DNA from: Marsupella aquatica
Lineage: Eukaryota; Plantae; Marchantiophyta
Assembly (NCBI GenBank): GCA_973895155.1
Contig: OZ316894.1
Location: 5,480,944 to 5,544,943, forward strand
Reading direction: 5' to 3'
Length of the DNA stretch: 64,000 nt
The position numbers and the translations under genes are program-made. The notes below the pieces were generated by a model. It saw nothing but the letters and a program-made list of their open reading frames with translations. It was not told the origin of the DNA and did no database searches. This document shows positions 25,701-37,368 of this stretch, piece after piece. The number at the start of each line of letters is the position of its first letter. Positions within the stretch are counted from its first letter, which is position 1.

Positions 25701-28308
25701 GCCTGACATTGAACATATCATATTCTTTAATATCCCGCACCATAGCCACCTCTTCCAGAGCGAGTAAGCGAGCAAACTGCCAAGACACGGCATGAGTTCA
25801 ATAGATGTAAAAAAAGCCTGCCAAGTATAATATAAGACGAAAAGATATGTGAAAACGCTCACCTGTCGAATCTGCTTCGCAGAGCAATCACATAGTCGTG
25901 TTGGACTAGTGGGTGGTGATAACAATAGTCTGCTGTGCAGAACCTCTTCCAAACGGTGAATTTGCCAAGGCCATAAAGACAGCTGGTAAGTTTGATTGAA
26001 GGCGGGCATTTGCATTCTCCAATCCCTTAAATCGTCACCCATTGAGTCTCGTTTAATAGAAGTCTGGGCCACAGCCACATCGAAGAAGACGGGTTTGTGG
26101 TCAAAAAGGCATCTCAAATATGCTGGATAGAAAGGCTTGGCTTCTGTGCTGTACACATTTGTACAAAAAACGAAATTCGTTAGTACTTCAGTCACTGCAA
26201 ACAGTGAAACCATGAAACATAAAAATAAAGAATCAAGCCAACAAGAAGCTATGGAATCAGTGAGCTCTATAGTCCCCGGCCGCAGTTAGGAACTAGGACA
26301 GAGAGGAGGACAATGGCTAAACGCCAGTCAACGGAAGTTAAAATCCGAGAGCCGGTGACTGCAGTTCTAAGATGTGAGTAGTGTGCTCTATTTCTGTAAA
26401 CTAGGAAATCATGTTCCCTATTATTTCTTCTTGGCTGTGGTGTTGACACGACGTATCAACAACTGGGTGTTCAGGCACCTTTCTGGAATTTGCCAGTTCA
26501 TTTTGTGAAATTGCGTATATTATTTGGCTAAAAGTCTACGCCCCTCAAATGTTGAATCTGTAAAAAGATAGGGTTGACCTTTGGGTACCGCATGGCCAAA
26601 ATTGATGAATCACTTATAAATCTTGCTCCTTCATCCTAGCCTTGAGCTAATTCATCTGTCAAGACATGCCACTGGACTTCTCTCAAGATCTCTTTATTTC
26701 CCGATACTAGTCAGACTAGATTGTTCACAAAAACTGCTCCACTGATGAAGCGATTGTTGATGATTACCAAACCTATTTTTGTGTGGAAGTCACATGGCTA
26801 CACGAAGCAATCTGGATGGTGTTAGGCTGTTAGTATGCTAGTATGTTAGGAGGTGCTTACGAACCTTAAACATGTTTGCACATCTTGGATGTTGTGTCCT
26901 ATCAAAGCTGACACACGTCGACCAATCACAAAAATATTCTTGTTGTTTTCATCTAGAGAACTTCCGCTTCCAAAAATGAACAAGAGCCACTGCTGATGCC
27001 AAGCAATATCTTGTTGATTGCACCTGAGTTCCTGCAGAAAGTAGGAGCCATTGAGCTTCAGGGACAACATTTGCAGAGGAGCAGAAGACTCAGTGTATAC
27101 GGCCAAAATCCGCTAGTCAGTGAGCACTCGGAGAAGGGCAACATCGAGCTGTCAAACGAATAGAGGCTCACTACTTGTCAGAGGCTTAGCGTGGAAAGAG
27201 CTGACAGACTTAGAGGGCGCTGTACCACATTCTGTCAACCTAGAACCTACCGCAGTTACTTGATATTGTGCTCCTGCTCTGATTGTTACACCAGATGAAC
27301 CTTCATCAAGTGCTCGGTGAGTCTGCTCAATGTCATAGTGATGAGCCAGTCCAAAGTCATCATGGAGCTTGAAGGTTTTATCTATCGATGGAACACCGCA
27401 AACATCCAAAAGTACCACAGGCTGTGGACCTTCATTCAAAACAACTAGTGTTCTGAAATATTGTGGCACAGGTCTGTCATACGGAACAGCTGGTATATCA
27501 GAACTAGCCCACCCTGCCAAATCATCAACCGCATACATCAGTCTGGTAAAACCTATAGAAACATTTTCTGTGGCGCGGGATTTTAAGTTGATTATTAAGA
27601 CTGAGCCTTATGGGTACGAATATGATTCACAGAGAAAATTTAAATTTACATGAGTACGAAGAACAAACGGTAATATATGCATCTCAAGGCTTCAGATTAG
27701 GAATTTAAAACTCAACGCATGTGCAACGATTGGGCCTGGGTGTGAAATTGTGTACCGACACGTTTAAGACCAAAATCTGCGTGACCAATGATTGATACTC
27801 CATGCTTGCTGCAGGCAAGCTCCTGCACCGGTATGGCTATAGACGTTTTGATTTTCTCCTGATGTTCAGAACTTCCTTTCCAGTCCTTCATCCACCCCAC
27901 CAACTCGCAGCATTCTGCTTGAAGCACATTATCCAGAGGCCCAGCTGTTGCAACCTGCTCTCGATACAAAAAATTACCAATCTCTTGCCCAATTGTACCA
28001 GCAGCAGCAGCAGTACTGTTCGTCTTACCGGGTTTCAAAATCTCCGGGGCAGCCAAACTCCAGCACAACGCAATGGTCAAATGTGCCACGGCTTGAGCAC
28101 GAGCTGAATCTTGCTGGGTGTCTCCTTCAGAGTTCCCGCCAAGAAAAGTAATCAACGTTTTGGTCTCGAGATACGGAACTAGATCATCGCCAGCCAGAAA
28201 CGCATCCTGCATGTTTTGGAGCTTTTTATCTGGAAACTGATGCAAAAATTGTGCATAACCGAAGGGATCAGTTCTCAGCATACGAGGATTCAGGTCCGTC
28301 GCCGCCAT
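19739..28308 (-). CDS. MOV10/SDE3/Armitage-like UPF1-type SF1 RNA helicase, multi-exon
   Basis: Minus-strand exons carry GPPGTGKT (~24190), CAPSNFAAD (~23890), ILIDEAGQ (~23360), GDPKQLGP (~23055), TKLVRNYR (~22370), PSRLFYNNEL (~22170), REGESPSYFN (~21590), IGVMAPYRRQ (~21320), VGTVDDYQ/GQEE (~21055/20760), RFNVAITRAK (~20635) and LVVVGHP (~20085). TAA at 19739. The ATG at 28308 is the likely start but is less certain. Confidence 0.93.
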
Positions 28309-28861
28309 GCCTCCCTTCGAAATACGATGCACTACGATAGCTTCTGCACCCTCCTGCACTAATTCGAGGCCCTCCAGAAAATAAAATTCTGTCCTCGGAG
28401 CTGAACTGAGCTGAGCTAATAAGAAAGAAACTTCGAACGAGAACAGACGGACCGGAAACAGGGAAGAACTGAAGAAGAGGGCAGCAATTGCAGGGAGAGG
28501 AATTGGCAGCTCACAAAAAATTCAACATGCGTTAAAAGGGGGTGGAGTGGAGAAACAGCGGGAGCTCTACGAGAGAGAACACGACAACTCCACCCCCAAA
28601 AAAGAAACAAACCGCCGGAACATTGAAAGATAGCAATCCCCGAAAAACGGGAGCAGCGAGATTTTGATTGATTGCCGGAGTCCCGTCCCCCATGACCAAT
28701 GCAGCTCTTCTCCACTTCCGCTCGCCGCGCGACGACGAGGTGGCCCACTCTTCAAAGAGCTATTGGTCGTCGTCGCCCGAGAGGAAACCCCAACGGACAT
28801 TGTGTGCAGCAGTGGAGCTCGTGGGGAAGAAGAAGAAGCAATCAATCAATCAACTGACAGA

Positions 28862-28953
28862 TTCTCGTTTCGTTTCTTTTCTTTTTCGTTTCGTTTCTTT
28901 TCTTTTCTTTTTCGTTTCGTTTCGTTTCGTTTCTTTTTCGTTTCTTTCGTTTT
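28862..28953. repeat. (TTTCG)n / T-rich microsatellite
   Basis: Degenerate run of 'tttcg' pentamers, upstream of the helicase gene. Confidence 0.9.
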
Positions 28954-28982
28954 GAGGAAAGCTAGCGAGTGCTAGGTGCGGG

Positions 28983-29072
28983 GCAGCTGAGCTCATCGTC
29001 GCCCGAGGTGCCTTGCAGCTGAGCTCATCGTCGCCCGAGGTGCCTTGCAGCTGAGCTCATCGTCGGCCGAGG
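28983..29072. repeat. 33-bp tandem repeat, ~2.7 copies
   Basis: Unit 'gcagctgagctcatcgtcgcccgaggtgcctt' repeated head to tail. Confidence 0.9.
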
Positions 29073-30491
29073 AAGCGGAATTGGGAATCCGCTCTCGTTC
29101 AGCCTGGAGCTGGAGTCCGGGCATAGGACCGACATTGAGGCCAATTGAGCCAATTGAGCTGATTCACTCTTGAGCTGTCTGTTGTGAGAGTACTTTTCCA
29201 GAACGCGAAATTCGAGCCATGATAAGTGTCATTTTTTTTAACATACTCGGCTGAGTTTTTAAATGCCTTTTTTCCTTAATGGCCTCGGCCAGTGTGTATT
29301 TTACTGTTTATGTAGGAGTCCTATTGTACTTATTTTGGCGTGTGGCAGACGGCATGCAGAATTAGGAACTAATGTCAATGTAGCCCCACTGTAGAGGGTG
29401 GCAGCCGGCATGCAGAATCAGGAACTAAATTCAATATAGCCCACTAATCCAGTTCCTTGGACGCAAATAGAGATGAGTACCAAAAAAAACCTTACTAAAT
29501 AAAATTCCCTATCATTTCAGTATCGTTTCTCCCTTCCCTATTTCTATTTTAGTATCCGTTTTCAATTATCCCCTTAGCTTCACTTTAGACAATAGATTTT
29601 GATCTTGCGTTATTAGTAAGATGTAGAGTTTAAGAAATCATTGTGATTAGCACCTGAATGACGCCATGGTGGACCACCCTCTCGCTCAGAGGGCCCCGTC
29701 AATGTAATTTGAGTCCCTCAAGAACAAAATAGACCAGTCTTTTCCAAGAAGTTGCTTCTAGATTCCATCAGAACCATTCATATGAAGTGCCCAGTCAATT
29801 TTGACTGGACATGAGATGGTGAGGTCACTTGTACAAGAAATCTTCCAATCCTCCATGGAATTCTCCCAATCCTCAGTGGACTTGTGTGGGTCCCCCAAAC
29901 TGCTTATGCGGACAGTGTAACTCTGGTTATAGTTGGGGAGATATGGGGTCCAAGTTAGTTGATCAACCTGGCATTGGGTGAGGGTATGGGGCCTAACCTT
30001 TAAATGTCAAGTGAGGGCATGTTGTGGTTATGGGACGATTGTAAAGAGAGTGAAAAGATACTCTCTTTTCACCTTGACATATCCTCTCACATACTCTACA
30101 TCTTATCTTTTTCTCACTTTGATATCTTTATCTTAACACAACATTTTTCCCTCACCTAAACCCTAAACCCTCACTATATATGGCACAGGCATGGGGCTAG
30201 TGGAACTATAAATGAAAAAACATTTATCTTTTAGCCCATATCTAGTGTCCATAAGGATCTCTTCGCCCATGCTTGTCCCATATATAGTGATGACCCCATA
30301 CCCTCACTTGAGATCGACATGTGGGCATGTACTGAAATGCTATTTAGTGTGCCCAAAATTTTAATAATTATCTACTGTAGTCATTGCACTAAGGGCATCA
30401 CTCGGTCTCCTTCAAGTTGGGAGGGGGGTGAGAGCGCCAGGCGGACCCATGGAACCCATTCTTTGGTCCATAGTTATCTAGTCATTGCACT

Positions 30492-30815
30492 AGGGTGTCT
30501 CAAATAATTATGAAAAAAAGTTGCATACACAGGTGGCCCAAGACGCAGTCGGGCGCTTCGCGACAGGGTTGATGAGGGCCAACATTGTCTGGGGTAGTGA
30601 ATTATGAGACTGGTCACGGGTGCAAATGCCAATGGCCTATAACTCCTGGTTTTAGGTCTTTTGTTAGTTGGCATTGTAATCGCAGCCGGGCGGGGGTTTC
30701 GGTCAAAATTCCCTGGCGTGACTGGTTGGTGCCCGACCAATCTTGTCCGGAGGCCCGGGCGCCGATACTCCCAGGCGCAGAAATTTCCTCAAACTCCCTA
30801 TATGTGAGACACCCT
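30492..30815. mobile_element. MITE copy 2 (~324 bp), ACT target site duplication
   Basis: TIRs 'agggtgtctcaaata' and 'tatgtgagacaccct' (14/15 complementary), flanked by ACT/ACT. It interrupts the second copy of a ~100-bp tandem duplication whose first copy (~30378-30470) has no insertion. Confidence 0.85.
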
Positions 30816-31570
30816 ACTAATAAGGGGATCCCTTGGTCTGCTTCAAGTTGGGAGGGGGGTGAAGTTGGGAGTGGGGTGAGACCGCCAGGCGGACCCATGG
30901 AACCCATTCTTTGGTCCGCGAAAAAATCGGAGAACTCTCGACGAGAGATCTGAGAATTTGAATTCCTGAGTGCGGTGAGAAGAAGTTCCTCGAGAGCTTT
31001 CGGAGCTATGGTCTGTTTGGCCCTGAAGCTTCAGACGGAGGTGTGAGTTTCTGAAATGCGCAATGAACAAAGAATGGAGCCGTAAATGGTGAGACCAAAA
31101 AAAAATTGAGAACTCTCGACGATTCGGTATCTCGGGACTGAAGGTCCAAACAGAGATTTGAGATGTCGGAGAATGGAGATGCTGAATTGCGGAAGTTCGT
31201 TGAGAACTCTCGGAGAAATCGTATCTGCGGTGCAGAGCTATGTTAATTAACACTCTGTCTCGTACTCGTGGTTCGCAATTAGGTCGGAGCGTGTTCTCAA
31301 GCTCCCGCAAAGAAATCTTATCTCGATCCACTCTCTCTCTGTCTCGGTTTCGCGCAGAAATCTTAGCTTTACAGACACTGTCTGTGCACCGCCTTTTCAA
31401 GCAGTCAGTGATCTTTGAATTCGGTGATCTTGACGTTCTAAAATTTCTGCAATAATGTCTCCTGCACTTCACTTGCATGTGTCCACGGTGGTGGAGATCA
31501 TGGTCTAACAAGCAACTGAGAAAAATTACGAAACCGGCTCTCGTGTCCCTCGCAATTTCTTCCTGTTGAC

Positions 31571-34500
31571 ATGGGCCCTGCGTGCGGACGGAAGGACAGC
31601 ACTTCGCTCGGGAATCCTGATCAGCACGAAAATATGCGGCAGTCTGTATACAAAACCAATGAACAGTTCTCTCAGGGGGAACCAGAATGTTTTACTCAAC
31701 TCTCTGAACTGGCGAATCTTGAGGACCTTAGTAGATTCACTAGAGACACATCTGTTCCCAGCAGATTGTCTCTAACAGATATCTCAAGAAAGGACACCAC
31801 GAGCGCAGAGAACACGATCAATCTCGATTCGTCCTGTCCGCTGTGGTCTCAAATTTCTTCGTCGTCGTCACAACCATTTTCAAGCAAACTTTTACCGGCC
31901 AATTCTGGCAATCCACAGACTGGCACAAAAACTGGAGACGTTCTAGTCAATGCAGGGTTCGGTACAACTCCAAAACGGTCCAGCTCATCATCACATATTC
32001 TTCACGGCCCGCCACGTTTCTCGCAGCTGTTGACACAAGCCTCTCAGTCCAAACAAGGATTGCCAATAGCCACCCGAACTCCCGACTCTGGGATGAGGAA
32101 GAGAAAATCAGGTACGTATCTCATCCATGCATGGGACAACTATTTATCGAGACAGGAGGATAAAAACCGCGCTATTTCTCTTCTTTAGCCATTGATGTAT
32201 AGCGGCAATTCTGTCACTGTGCATTGCCAAACTTCGGGTCATATTTATCGTCTTGAAAAGTGATCCTTAGAATCTCATCTCACGTCACCAGAGATTTGCA
32301 ACAAAGGATACACCTCGAGCCTCAGCTAATTAGCGCAGACCTAGATCACATCTTGTGCAGAAGTTCTGTATTCCACGAAATGTTCGGAGGAGGCTGTCAC
32401 TCTCAAAGATGGTAACCGGGATATGCATTCGAGGAGTGCGATTCTACGAGAGCAGGTTCTGGTAAGTACATTTAAAACAATCGTAATTGAGTGCACTTTA
32501 CTTCATCGAACGGTGTGGTAAAGCTGCTTTGATCGAGGCCCTATCCTTGAGTGGAAATCCTCGCCTGCTGTGCATTTCTTATGGTACGGGAGCCTTCGAT
32601 GATCTAAATAGGCCTTCCAATCCATGATCTTTTGAACTTTGAACCACGCAGGCAAGTCTGCTGGCACCAGATTTCGAAGGTATGTTCCAACTTGTCAAAT
32701 CCCATTTCTCTTCGGCTTTCATGACCAGCGAGCAGACACTTTCTGTATGTTATGCAGTGTGTGCATCTTTGAAAGTTGTACTCGTGCACGAAAGCAGCAG
32801 GGACAATCTTCACTGTTGACTTAAATAGGAGACGAACACCTTCGTCAGAGATTTCAAAAATATTGGAATCTTACGAGAAAACCGTTCAATATCTAAACGA
32901 GCCGATAGACTGACAGAGTGTTGTTGAAATACCAGTAAGAATTGGAACACGCCACTGGATTTCTTTGATGACGGATGTCTGAAAGGATTCGATATGCAAA
33001 GTGCTATTTCCATTAGACAGCAACTCAGATCAGCTCTGCCTGTCAAATGCCAAAGCAACTTAAAGTAATCCTGCTAATATTTGCTACTATGAAATGTTGT
33101 CCCTAGATTTTCTGGCGGAGGTGGAGTTAGTCTGGAATGAAATACAAGAAAGTGTGTAACTTGGAATTTCAAGTCCTTGTAAATCAGTTGGAACAATCGG
33201 CAGGATGTCTTTCCCTGTCCCAGTCCTGATCATGACGAAACGGGAGACTCTACGGTAATTCCAAAGCAAGAACAAGTACTACAAGAGGATCAGTTGTCAA
33301 ACAGGGAAGAAATAATTCCGTTTCGAAAGAAAGCAAGATTGAAAAGAGCTGTACAACATGAGATCGGGCAATACAAAGTGAAGGACACAGCAAAACTCAA
33401 CGCATTCCAAGGGGGGCGATTTTCTCCCAGTGTCAGCGAAAGATTCTAATTTCAGGGAAGTTCTTTTCCTGTCTCCCAACGATAAGGTTGAAGGGAAAAA
33501 ATTTCGAGCATTGAAAAACGAAAGGTTATTCGAAAACAACCTGTGCATCCGCTGCTACAAGAGCATCACTTGGGTGCTTCAAACTGTTATAAGGAAACAT
33601 AGAGAAAACACGTCCTGTCCAGAATGAAATCCTTCATGTTCCTGCAACATGAAATTCTCAAATCTGACCATCTAAGTTGTAACACCTTTCTTAAATTCCT
33701 TCAAGATTTACACTTTGATTTTCCTGTCGTTTATGGAAGACTAGTACAGACTGTGTGAGGGAATCGTGAGCTTTGTCTTGTACTTGTTTTGGTAAAAAAG
33801 GTAAACTGTCATCAGTTGTGAAGAACATCCTTCTCAAATTCAACATTGCTGTATTGAATCCACGTTCCCTGCAATTCTTGTAAACAGTGTCCTTGCGCAT
33901 TCAAAAATTATAGTGCAATGCAAAATTGATCAAGATGTGTGCAGTTTCATGGGTGTGATTCATGTCACATGTAGAGATGTAGATGCAAGAAGAGAGAATG
34001 ATTCTTTTTTGCAGGCTCTGGATATCGGATTTTCCTCGCCTTTGTTCCTGATCAATCGAGAAAACAGAGAGCACGGAAACTGAAAGCAAGGATACTAGCG
34101 GGAATACTTGCAGGCATGATAGCTTCATGAAGAAGAGAAAACAATGTAAACCCAAGACCGCAAAGACTGAGGACTGCCTACAGTCGTATGTTTTGTTTGG
34201 GAGTGTATGGAGCAGAAATGCGCATCTCAATCTCAGTATGAATTATTGGGAATTTCAAAGGTGGAACAACATCATTCTTCCTCGAGAAGGTCATCTGGAA
34301 ACGCCATGCAAGAGATCCCAAATTCTCATCTCAGATGACTAGTGGATACCTGTGTGTATGCACCAGGAGGACTCCCCATGCCCCTCCTCATTCACAAGCA
34401 GTCATAAATCACATTTTCTGTTATGAGAACATTTACAGCCCCACAACTTCACTCTATGGAATAGCTTGTGAATGGTAGACTGATATTACAAATTTCCAGA

Positions 34501-34680
34501 ATACATTGCTAAATGGTGGAAAACATTTACCAATCCGTAACAAGTTAGTACGAAACACGTTTTTCTTAAAGTTATCATTTCAGAAAAAAATTCATGCTCC
34601 ATTGTTTCCTGTCGTCACCAGTGAACTTCAAAAAGAAAAGAGGCACCAGTCATGTGAGATTAAAGCAGTTTATGGATAAT
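31571..34680 (+). pseudogene. Putative multi-exon gene or pseudogene of unknown function with an S/T/Q-rich N-terminus
   Basis: The ORF from ATG 31571 has a donor 'cag|gtacgt' at 32111/32112. A phase-compatible exon follows at 32361-32461 (EVLYSTKCSEE...REQVL|gtaagt), with a probable further exon at 32652-32679. Downstream, protein-like frames are broken by TGA/TAG stops. No family recognised and the 3' limit is approximate. Confidence 0.35.
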
Positions 34681-36245
34681 TTTCATTTGTTGGATAATTA
34701 TTTGTGTTGCTAATGTTGCTCAAAAAGCTTCATGCGGTTTAGGTGGCTTTACAAGAACTTGGGGGCAGCCATTCCATTTTTTCTAAGTGAAAGATGCAAT
34801 CCTAGCCATTCATATGTGGGAACTGGCCACACTTCACTTTACATGAACTTGGGGGGAAAATGAACCAAAAGCATTACCGAACCTAGTCATCTGTCAGTGG
34901 GCCCCTTGTGGGTCCCTTTTTTTGCTGAGGTGTGCAAGCTTTTTTGTCCAAAACTTAGACCTCCTCTTGAGGTGGTCTAAAAACTTGGAGCAAACTGCCG
35001 CTTGTTTTCAGGGAATTGCATTGATTACTTCCATACCTGACACATTTTGGCTCAGGCATTTTAACTTTTGTGGAAGGAAATGGCCATCAGCTTTGCTCTG
35101 GATGGAGAGAGAGTGAACGGCCCCCACCTTCTTGTAAAGCCCCCCTTAGAGATAGGTCTAGTACCTTTGAATACAGTGGGACAAAACGCTGACGGAAATT
35201 ACCTCTGGAGCAAGTTCACTCTCCAAAAGCTAAGGGACTTTTCAAATTAAATTCTGGACCTGACCCTGGATTTACCAAATTCATTGTCATTGTTTAATAT
35301 CCTAGTAAACAATATATGTGTTCCAGTAATTAAGGTCCTTTGCTTTTGTAAAGGCCAATGGCACACAAGAGCTGTCATGCTATGCCCAGATGATCATGTC
35401 CCTCATATTTATCTGGGCAAATTGCTGTTTCCTTGGCACACATTAACCCTGTAAACCTAGGAGGGAATGAGTCTCTTCCCATGTGTGAGAATGAAAGGTT
35501 TCAGCTAGTTGCTAGCCCCTCCCAACACTTTTGTTTCCTAAATTTAGGGTTTTAAGTGACTAACAATATGTGATAAATAAATGAAAGGCTCACCACTTTC
35601 TTGATAGGGAATCACAATCTCTGAGACACTAGAAAGTTATCTACTAGGGTAATGACATTTGGGGAAGGCTACAAGACTGCCGTCAAAATTGTGGAAGGCC
35701 ACAAGCACTGAGGAGAGGGCAATGGTACCAGGTCACCCAAAAATAGTTTATTCTTTCTTTAAGTTGACTCAGGAAAAATCATCCCAATTCTAACAATAAT
35801 TGACAATTTATGCTTGTCAGCATTAGAGTCTCTTCTCTTTGAGCAGGAAACACTGAAAGATAATCCAATGCACTTTTGGAATACTCACACCCTTACTTGT
35901 CCTAAACCACCATTCTGCCTGAAGCAAAGCCTAGTGGACCTAGGTTACCAATATTACTCACTAGTGTTCGTAAGTAAAGAAGCACACTACTTTGTCCTCC
36001 CCAAACTTGGTGGGCAGTGACTGTCTAAAGAAAGTTGGGTTCAAATGTTAAAACTCACTCTGAATTCGAGGCAAATTAGTAGTAGACTCACCAGGGATTG
36101 ACCAATTTACTAAAACAATTTTTAACTACGTTGCCACTAAAAATATTCTAATTTATTTACATTATTGTCATTGATTCTATTGTATTTATGGATATGCCAT
36201 AGTTTTGGTGTACGGTTACCTTAGTGAACTTGTAAACAATAAGGT

Positions 36246-36481
36246 ACTGCAAATAAGATAAACACACTGGCAGTATTGAAAATATGACAAACACAATGGC
36301 AGTATTGCAGTAAACACACTAGTAGTAGTGTCAATTACTTCAAATAAGATAAACACACTGGCAGTATTGCAAATATGACAAACACAATGGCAGTATTGCA
36401 GTAAACACACTAGTAGTAGTGTCAATTACTGCAAATAAGACAAACACAATGGCAGTAAACACACTAGTAGTAGTGTCAATT
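36246..36481. repeat. 91-bp tandem repeat (~2.5 copies) built from 'aaacac(a)tggcagtattg' subunits
   Basis: 'aaataagataaacacactggcagtattg' starts at 36251 and 36342, with a partial third copy at ~36433. Confidence 0.9.
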
Positions 36482-36885
36482 AAAATAGGTGTAGTGCAGC
36501 CCAGAGAGGAATGATTTTGTGGTAGCTCACTTGAATAGAGATGGATAGGTCTTGGGTTCAACTATTGTGGGTGACTCTTCCCTTCTTGTGGGGTTTCACA
36601 GATTTCCCCTATAAAAAAATTAAAATTTAAAAAGTGTTTAGGGCAAAGTACATAAAAGTTGTTTACTAAAAACTCTAAACCCTGGCAAAAAAGGAAAAAC
36701 CTTAACCGTGGTTTGAACACCGGACCTCAGTTTGATCGCTTCAGTAGTAGTGTGGAGGTTTCAATTAGGTCATGAAGTTTATGCAAAGGGCCGCCACGAG
36801 ATTTCTTTATGCACAATCGTTTGGAAGCTTGTCGGCTGAAATCGACGAAACCTGTTGAGCACTCTCAGTGAATCGGCTCGTTATT

Positions 36886-37345
36886 TCACTCTTGACAGCC
36901 ATGAGAATTTGCTCCTCTTCAGTGGACTCGATTGGGCATATCCTTGTATTTTGTTCTAGCGAGAGTCGACTTCTCCTTCCCTTGCGGCTTTTGTAGCATT
37001 TTGATGTCACTCTTGACTGCCATGAGAATTTCCGCCTCTTTGGTGCACTCGATCGGGTAGATCCGTGCATTTTGTTCAAGCGAGTTTCGACTTCTCCTTG
37101 CCTTGCGGCTTTGTAGCATTTTGATGTCACTCTTGACTGCCATGAGAATTTCCGCCTCTTTGGTGGACTCGATCGGGTAGATCAGTGTCTTTTGTTCAAG
37201 CGAGTGTCGACTTCTCCTTCCCTTGTGGCGTGTAGCATTTTGATGTCACTCTTGACAGCCATGAGAATTTCCGCCTCTTCGGTGGACTCGATCGGGTAGA
37301 TCCGTGCATATTGTTCAAAGCGAGAGTCGACTTCTCCTTCCCTTG
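36886..37345. repeat. ~120-bp tandem repeat x~4 directly upstream of the CCDC137-like ATG
   Basis: 'tcactcttgac(a/t)gccatgagaattt' recurs at ~36886, 37007, 37127 and 37246. The last unit ends about 24 bp before ATG 37369. Confidence 0.95.
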
Positions 37346-37368
37346 GGTGAGGGTTTACGAAGAGAGCG

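Noticed and set aside
30156-30170. Interstitial telomeric array
   Set aside because: Only about 2 CCCTAAA units, so at most a telo-box. Another single AAACCCTA lies at 37801.
30843-31511. 222-aa minus-strand ORF
   Set aside because: Non-ATG start, Arg/Ser-biased composition, no recognisable motifs, and it overlaps a duplicated non-coding segment. Probably spurious.
36886-37345. 5S rRNA array, suggested by the ~120-bp period
   Set aside because: No similarity to plant 5S rRNA on either strand, and no intergenic spacers.
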